Assembly (NCBI GenBank): GCA_012295275.1
Contig: CM022674.1
Span: 2,108,001-2,172,000, forward strand
Direction: 5' to 3'
Length of the DNA: 64,000 nucleotides
Source: Chrysomallon squamiferum
Lineage: Eukaryota; Animalia; Mollusca
In this document: one piece after another, positions 55,705-64,000 of the stretch
How positions within the stretch are numbered: position 1 is the first letter of the stretch
Layout: every line of letters begins with the position of its first letter
Made by a program: the position numbers and the translations under genes
Notes under the pieces: model-generated
What the model saw: only the letters and a program-made list of their open reading frames with translations
Told to the model about the DNA's origin: nothing
Database searches by the model: none

Positions 55705-57304
55705 GTTTGAAGCCGTTTATAACAACGATGACCGCGTTACCACGACTGAACGAAGCAGGGTTAGTGATAGAGTCAACTACGTATTGCGTAATCACTACAT
55801 CGTATCTCTTTTGTCGCTTCAGATAAAAATAATAAACTTGTCCATATTTCCTGTACACGTTGCAGTGTGCATGTTTGATAGTGTTTGGTGTTTTTCACTA
55901 CTTTACGCAGATTTCATAATAAAATATGGTTGAAAATATTTTAGTGTCGAAAAATAAATATTCGTCAGTTTTGGTTTTTATTTTTTTTTTTTTTTTTATT
56001 AATTTTGTCCTTCGTTTAGTTATTTCTTTTTTTATTCATTACTTATTCACTGATGATGATGATGATGATGATGATGATCACGACTACAACAATAATTATA
56101 CTAATGCTGCTTCTACTGTAACAACAACTACTACTACAACCTCTACTACTGCTATTACTACTTAGTACCTCGACTTGTACTAGTACTACTACTATTATTA
56201 CTACCACCACTAGTACTACTAGTGCTAACAAAAATAGCCATTAATAATAATTAATTTATTAATATAAATTAGTTTATTTGTTTGTTTTTTTTATATTTAT
56301 TTATTAGTATTATTATTATCTTTTTTACTAATAAAAAATTCTTGTTTTTTTTTTTCTTCTTCTTCCTTGTTTCTTGCTGACTTATTTTATGTCACTTATT
56401 TTTTTTGAGGTCAAAAGTGTTTGCTTTAGTAATCTTTATTGATTTAGTTATCACTTCGTTGCAAGTTATCTATTTAGAATACAGCTACCGAAAACATTTG
56501 TCAAAAATTGTCCTTTCAAAAAACAGACCTGATAAAAAGACGATCACAGTGCTTAAAAAACATGATTATACATTTCTTTTTTGAGGATTAAAATATTTTA
56601 TTAATTCTAAAATTTAACTGCGACAGTAAATCAAAACAGTATGAGTACAAACTCATTACTAAAATGATATCTGTTCAATATGTTCGCTAGTTTAGATCTA
56701 TTCTCAACTTCTGTTAAAATATTCGTTTATACTACTTCTGTTAAAATACTGTTAAATAAATTACAACAACTGCACTTAGGACAAACCTCAGTCTACAATT
56801 TCTATAAGGCTAATTGAAAACCGATATTCGAAACCACTGTAAAAACATGGTCTGGTGAAACATTTTAAAAATACGACGGGTTGTATAATACTAATTGCAG
56901 ACATCGCCAAAAGGTATTAAACTATTTAAATATGAAAGCTCTACATTAAGTCATTGTCTCTATATACCTATATTACAAAACGGTCAATTGACACCTGCAC
57001 CAAACAACGATACCTTTAGACACGATTAACCCCAAAATCAACACGTTATTTATTCCACACTTGACTAAACTTCATTATAAAATCAACAGATACTTTGAAA
57101 ATTCTAAATACTGATTTCAATTAGCTGCATACAATATACAGTGATAAATATGATAACAGCATAAAATTTATAAAAACGTAGACATTTTCAAAGTTATCTG
57201 TATCTCTATTGTGACTCAGACATAAAATTTTCTAAATGTAAATAACGGTGGCTATCATATATAAAAAAGCTGTAACATGAAAATAGAAAGGAAATAAAAT
57301 TTAC

Positions 57305-57337
57305 CTTGCTTGGAAACGTAGAGATTCCGCATCCCAT
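57305..57337 (-). CDS. Gene C alternative first coding exon 1a: MGCGISTFPSK
   Basis: ataATGG start context; donor CAAG|gtaaat; 33 nt, phase 0, compatible with the exon at 54984. MGCxxS is a myristoylation/palmitoylation-type N-terminus. Confidence 0.65.
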
Positions 57338-58463
57338 TATTTCCAGATTTATTTTACGTCAACCTTTTTGAAATATTTCATATTCACCATCGTGGTTATA
57401 TCCAGTCACAAACTGAAAAGTTTCGAAGACGTATTTTTCACGTAGTCATCCATAAAACGTAAGGTGAATAATTTTCAGAGACATATTTTCACCGAAGCAC
57501 TCAAGGATCGTAGTTTGTATAATTACCGAGATAAATTTGATAAAATTATCATAAAACAATATACAGATTTTTTTTTTTTAAAGACCTGTAATTTTCGTTA
57601 TTTTTTAACAGTCACATAAAAAAAGGTATATAAAAACGTATTCTTTCATTCGTTACCTTAGAATTTAATGTGATTTCACAAGTCACCATAACATCACAAT
57701 GTTTACCATTCACGAATATATGATTTTTTGTATATTTTCTTTCAATGCTGGAAAAGAAAAAATAACTGGTGATCTTTTTCTAACGATTGATTTTTCACGA
57801 AATCGCAATAAAAAACGTAGCTTGCAATAAGCCAAAGAAATATCCTCCGTTATCAACACAAAAACGAAACTTCTAGAATCGAGAGTAAGATGGCGTTTTG
57901 ACCCGAAAAAAAAAACAAGGTTTATACAAACGTGTACATACAATCACTTAAACATTTCGTCCACCACGTTTTAGAGATAAGACAAAACTGCATAGCCTAC
58001 CAGTATAAACTGTTTGAATGATATGTCATAACACGACCGAACACGCTGAATAGTAACCGTCCCAGAGTTTAACTCAACAATGAGCTTTCCCCTTCATTAA
58101 CTCACAGACGTAAGTAAAAGTAAGTAAGTACTTCTGACTCACAGAATGACCCACGGTGAATGTGTGTAACAGAACATGGTTTTATTTCACAAAGTTTCCG
58201 CGTAAGATTCTCAATCCAGTTGTATGCTGCTGATTGAAAACTGTTATAGTAAATAGGTGTTTAGAATATCGTGTTTGTAAAATAATAATAATAATAATAA
58301 TTATGATGATGATGATATAATAATAATAATAATAATAATAATAACAGAGACAATAATAAATAAATACACAAATAAATAAATAAAAATAAATAAAAAATAA
58401 ATAAATAAATAAATAAATAAAAAAAATAAACTTATTAATTAATATAACAAATTAAATAAAAAT

Positions 58464-58524
<61 letters not shown>

Positions 58525-58897
58525 CTATCTATCTCTACGTCTATGCCACATGTATGTGTTTGTGTATGTATATCTGTGTGTGTAAGTGTGTGTTTGTGAG
58601 TGTGTGTATTTAAGAATGTATCAATACACTGGTTTACTATTTAAATTTGTCTCGAGGTACTGATTACAAAGAAATAGGTAAAGGAAATTAAGTTGTCGGA
58701 ATGACTGTCCTTGGAGTGGGGTATGACTAAATAGCAGGTGAGATTTTGGGTCAGTGAAAAGGTAAGATTAGGATTAGTGTTGCGATAACAATTAATATAG
58801 AGTGGGATTATACTAGCGAGAATTAATGGGTTCATTTGCGCACAGATATCAGTGTGATAACTTATATAGTTTAAGAAAAAAGTTTAGAAGCAAAATA

Positions 58898-58955
<58 letters not shown>

Positions 58956-59801
58956 AAATATTTTTGTTATCAGTACTTTGGAATGATTAATATTTTCTTG
59001 TGTATCCGTGTTCGCTTTTTTATATACAATTTCCAGTAGATTGGAATGCCTGTATAACAACTGACAAACCAACGACAAGATATTGACTTACACACATATG
59101 CACACGCACGCACGCACGCACGGACGCACATAAAGACGACACGCATATACATAGATTACTATGGCAATGAAAACGACCTAAGACGCAACCGGTTTCGGTT
59201 TGATGTTTTCCGAAACCAGTCTATGACGTCAACAATTAAATGACGTCATACATCAGAGACAAAACTGCTGCAGTGAAATATACAGTCAACCGATTTGTCG
59301 TTGATTTTGGAGATAATTTTCTTAAGGTAAACTTTTATTTATTTTACATTTTAAAGCAGATAATAATTTTAACAAATAACACTCTTGAAATATGAGTTGT
59401 CGGTAATATATCTCGTTTCAGTTTGCAATTTTTTCAGAAAGCACTTCCAAAATTTGTTACTGTAGATGAAGTAAAGCAGTTATTAATTTAATAATACGTA
59501 ATACTATAAGATTGGGGTCTCCAGTATTTCTGAAATGAATCTGCTGAGACTGAAACTATTTAATAATAATAATAACAACAACAACAACAACAACAACAAA
59601 AAAATAAAATAAAATAAAATAAAATAAAATAAAATAAAATAAATAAATAAATAAATAAATAAAATAAAATAAAGAACGGAAATACAAAGAAAAGGTGTTT
59701 AGTAAAGGGAGTGAACTCGTCTTCCATTAAAAGTGTTCTTCTCTTTTAATTTCTTTGCTTTTATTCTTCCTTCATTATTTTATTTTATTTTATTTTCCTT
59801 C

Positions 59802-59863
<62 letters not shown>

Positions 59864-60027
59864 TTTTTTATATTTTGTTTATTTCATTTTTATTTCAAAA
59901 GCGGTTCGGAACAATGTTGGCAGTATCTGGAACATGAAAACATTTCAAAATTTTAAATAGTCACGATAGATTTATAAGACTGAGTCTCCAAAACACGTTA
60001 GCTGGGAAAACACTCGAACAAGTTATC

Positions 60028-60068
<41 letters not shown>

Positions 60069-60675
60069 TGTTGCTGCTGCTGCTACTGTTGCTGTTTTTC
60101 TTCTTCTTCGTGTTGCTGTAGTTGTTACAGAAACATTCTACTTATTCTGGTTTTTACTTTTGTCTCAGTCGCTGTGTTAAGGTTTCAGCATCACGTGACA
60201 GACACGTGACTTCTAGAAAAGTTCATAGACGTCACATTTTACTTGCACAAAAAGTAACGTTCTGTAACATGCAGAAAATTCAAAACTTAAAACAATGTAA
60301 CAACGTTAGGCTTTGCGTAATATTAAAGAGCGTACGTGTGTGTGTGCGTGTGTGCGTGCGTGTCAGTCCGACAGCATGTATGTATGTATGTATGTTTGTA
60401 TGTATGTATGTATGTGTATGTATGTATGTTTGTATGTATGTGTGTGTGTATGTGTGTGTATGTATGTATGTATGTATGTATGTATGTATGTATGTATGTA
60501 TGTATGTATGTATGTATGTATGTATTTATATGTGTGTGTCTTTGTATGTATCTGTGTATGCATGTGTGTGGGTCTGTATGTGTATGTATATGTAATATAT
60601 ATATATATATGTATGTTTGCATATAAGCTCTATGTACGGATGTATGGATGGAAGAATGAGAGAGCGAAAACGAAG

Positions 60676-60741
<66 letters not shown>

Positions 60742-60783
60742 CGAAAAAATAAAGATCTAGGTGAAGCCAATTAACACGTACGT

Positions 60784-60814
<31 letters not shown>

Positions 60815-62139
60815 GCTTTACTTATTTATTTTATTTTCCCCCTTGTTCTTTCCCTCGTTAACTAATGGAGTAACGGTCACGTGACAATTAAACCTAATTA
60901 TCATTATTCTCTTTTAAATCCCAGCTAAGAAGATTGGCCCGCACGGAAATAGCCGATATTTCTAATTACTTTTACCGTTGTTACGGAAATCGAAGTGGAG
61001 GGCTTATCACGCAAAGAAACGTTTTACTTTGATATATCCGACCCAATCTGCCGAGTTCGTACATCAGCTGGCAGGTGGATCAACGTCATTAATTCAGAAT
61101 GATTGGCAGTTGTCAGGCACGTGCCATCTTGAGATAGAGACGCGCGAGTGCCAGGTGCAAAATAAAATGAAAAAAAAAAAAAAAAAAAAAAAAGGACAAC
61201 GACACATAAACAAAATCCGGAACGAAGGAAAATACGAATTAAGATTGTGAAATATTTAAGTATGGTTTTTTAGCGTTTGAGCAAACAGGAATTAGGAAAA
61301 TGAGAAGAGGAAGATGAAGATGATGATGAAGAAGAAAAAAAAAATGAAGAAATAGAATAAAATAAAATAATAAAAAAATAAAAATAAAAATAAGATAAAA
61401 AATGAAAAATGGAAATAAGTAAATAACAATAAAAGAAAATAAGATAAAAAACACAACAACAAAGAAGTGAAAAGAAAATAAGGAAAAGAGATTAAGCAAA
61501 TGAAAGAAAGTAAAAAAGTTAATATAAATAGAAAACGATAACTTTTGTTTGATTAAAAAAAAAAAAAAATTTTTTTTTTCACCTCATACTCTCTCCTTTT
61601 TTTTTTTTTTTTGTCGCTTTAAATTTATTTATTTATTTTTATATCTTCATTACCTCGAGAAAGCCTCATTTTTTTCTTTCTTCTTCTTCTCGTATATCTT
61701 CTGAATCAGTTAAAAAAATGTTGACCTCACCATATACCGAGACCGGTGGATAAAGAAGATAACGGTAGATATAAATTCAGGAACTCAACAGGTTAGCGGA
61801 TAAAGATCTGCGCGCTGTCAGCTGAAATACGTTTTACGTTAAATTACTTTTTTTTTAGGGGGGCTGTTTTTTTTTCACGTATCTATCAGAGGTTTTATCT
61901 CAGTTCTGATATCTGGACCGGTTGCTTAATGGGCGGAAAGTGGCTTGATAAATCCACCTAATCCAACAGAGAATGTTTTTCACCTGCACGATATATTTTT
62001 TTTTAAATTTTTCTGTTTCTTTTTCTTTTATTATTTTTTTTTTTCCAGAGCCAAAATGGCAACTGAAAGCGATGTAGCATCATAATTTGTTGGTGTGGAA
62101 CTTTCGTTAGTATGTCTTAAAGAGCTTTTAATTTAATTA

Positions 62140-62171
<32 letters not shown>

Positions 62172-62564
62172 CCGTTTCTCGTATTTACTGTGTTTCTTTA
62201 TTTCTTTGTTTCTGTTATATACATAAACTTGTTCATACAGACATACACAAAAATATAAATACAAATTTCATCACAGATATATATTAATACTCACATATAT
62301 ACAGACATGTATTATTTATTTATTTTTGTTTTATTCTTGAATGTCATTTACAAATCGCTTTGAAAGGCTAACCTGAATTTGTGTTAATATGTTTCCAGAT
62401 AGCTGTCTGGTTTTTGTTCCTGGCAAAATGTTCTTTCTTCCTTTCTGTTTATCTTTTAAAAATAACTCTACATATCCAGCAGATTCCAGGAATATGACGT
62501 TTTATTGTCACTTACTGTCTGTGACGTCATCTTGCAGCAATTACAAACGCTAATTATTAAGAAC

Positions 62565-62617
<53 letters not shown>

Positions 62618-63318
62618 GAAGCAAACAATAACAAAAGAAAAGAAAAAAAAGAAAGAAAAAAATGAAAAAAAAAAGAAGCAATTAAGATGGTTCTTTCTGT
62701 TTCGAAATCTAAAATTAATAATTTAACGTTTCTTTAACTTTATTTTGGCATTTTAATTGTCTGCCAGTTTGTCTCTCATTATTCACACTGCACTCTCTTT
62801 TTGTGTGTGCGTGCGTTAAAAAAAATAAATAAAAGAAAATAAAACGTAAAAGAAAAGAAAAGAAAAAAAAAAAAAAACACAGCAAAAGAGAAAATTAAAT
62901 GAAATAGAAATACACTGCAGAAAATGTATAATTAATTTCCTACAGGCATTTACTATCACATTCATTAAGGAAAAAAAAAAAAAAAAATAAAAAAGAAAGA
63001 AAGAAAGAAAGAAAAGGAAAGAAAGAAAGAAATAAAGAAAGAATGATAGAAAGGAAAAAGAAGATAAATATATAAATAAATAAAAGAAAAAACAAAAAAA
63101 AAAAAAAAAAAAATCCTCCCGAGCATGAAACTATTTCATCAACCCCCCAAAAAACACCCACCCCCCAAAAAAACGATTCCTTTTGTATGTAAACCCCCCT
63201 CACCCCCCTCCCTCCTCCCTCTCCTCCCACAGTCTTGAAACAAACACGCGGGAATAATGGATGAGCGGAAATATCGAACAGTTTTTATCATCAACAAAAC
63301 GATCTGGCGATTATTAAC

Positions 63319-63355
<37 letters not shown>

Positions 63356-63623
63356 TTAAACGAACAAGAACGCGACAGAAATCGCGAAACGAAGCCGGGG
63401 AGCCGTCCACGTGTTTGCACATTACCCGGCAGTGTTTGCGCAGCCGGAACAAGGAAAAAAGGAATACTGGGATACGGCCCGTGTTAACACAGCTGCCTCG
63501 TCAAATATTTCTCTCTATCTGATTAGCGGAATTTATTGAGTTTCGTCGGATATGATATCGATAAAAATGTGTGTATGATTCCGATATTAGACGAGCGCAG
63601 AAATTTCTCGATCGATCACTCAC

Positions 63624-63671
63624 ACGGGCTGACAAATACGTTGCCCGCGACTTAGTCGTAAAGCGGTTCAT
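63624..63671 (-). CDS. Candidate distal first exon (MNRFTTKSRATYLSAR), phase 0, possibly belonging to gene C
   Basis: agcATG start with an upstream in-frame stop, donor CGT|gtgagt, inside a CpG-rich segment (63240-63880). Speculative. Confidence 0.25.
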
Positions 63672-64000
63672 GCTGTCGTTGTCGAGGTTGGTGAGGTCGG
63701 TCTTGTTTGGCTCTGATAAGAAGATTACGAAGGGTTCTTATTTCTATCAGCTCCCCGTAGTCAGACAGAAGATAAATTCTTTTTGTAATCAATCTAGCGC
63801 AAATGGCGAAAACATTGGTCCAGCTGAAATTGCGACACTTTTTTTTTTTTTTTTTACAAGTGCTTTGCCGCGCGGGAATGAAAAACGAGGCAACTTTTTT
63901 TTTAACTTTCGTTTTCATCTTTAACTTATTCTTTTTTTTCCTTTTTTTTAAATTTTTTTTAACCCATATTGCCAGCAGTTTGTCTGAATAATGTCTGTTC

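Overview
AT-rich, microsatellite-saturated animal genomic DNA with GT-AG spliceosomal introns. A lophotrochozoan, probably a mollusc, is inferred from the gene families and repeat style. Nearly all supplied ORFs are simple-repeat artefacts. Splicing exons by hand with phase checks gives three genes. Gene A (+, 9075-25662) is an orphan type I membrane protein of ~870-885 aa: signal peptide, small ectodomain, one TM helix, and a long Ser-rich tail with ~13 copies of a 14-aa repeat, ending STLL. Gene B (-, 43454-29493, ~456 aa) is a C-type lectin receptor: signal peptide, CTLD with QPN/WHD motifs, Thr-rich stalk, glycine-zipper TM, and a Tyr-motif-rich tail. Gene C (-, 57337 or 55704 to 47721, ~1020 aa) is a KY/Hillarin-like protein with a degenerate transglutaminase-like triad, three Ig-like repeats, a helical linker and a C-terminal module resembling the dynein heavy-chain microtubule-binding domain. 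It has alternative phase-0 first exons, one encoding an MGCGIS dual-acylation signal. Genes A and B each contain one single-base frame discrepancy. Many minisatellites sit at splice sites or contain splice-donor or TF motifs. No RNA genes, CRISPR arrays or recognisable transposon ORFs were seen. All domain calls are by eye, with no database searches.
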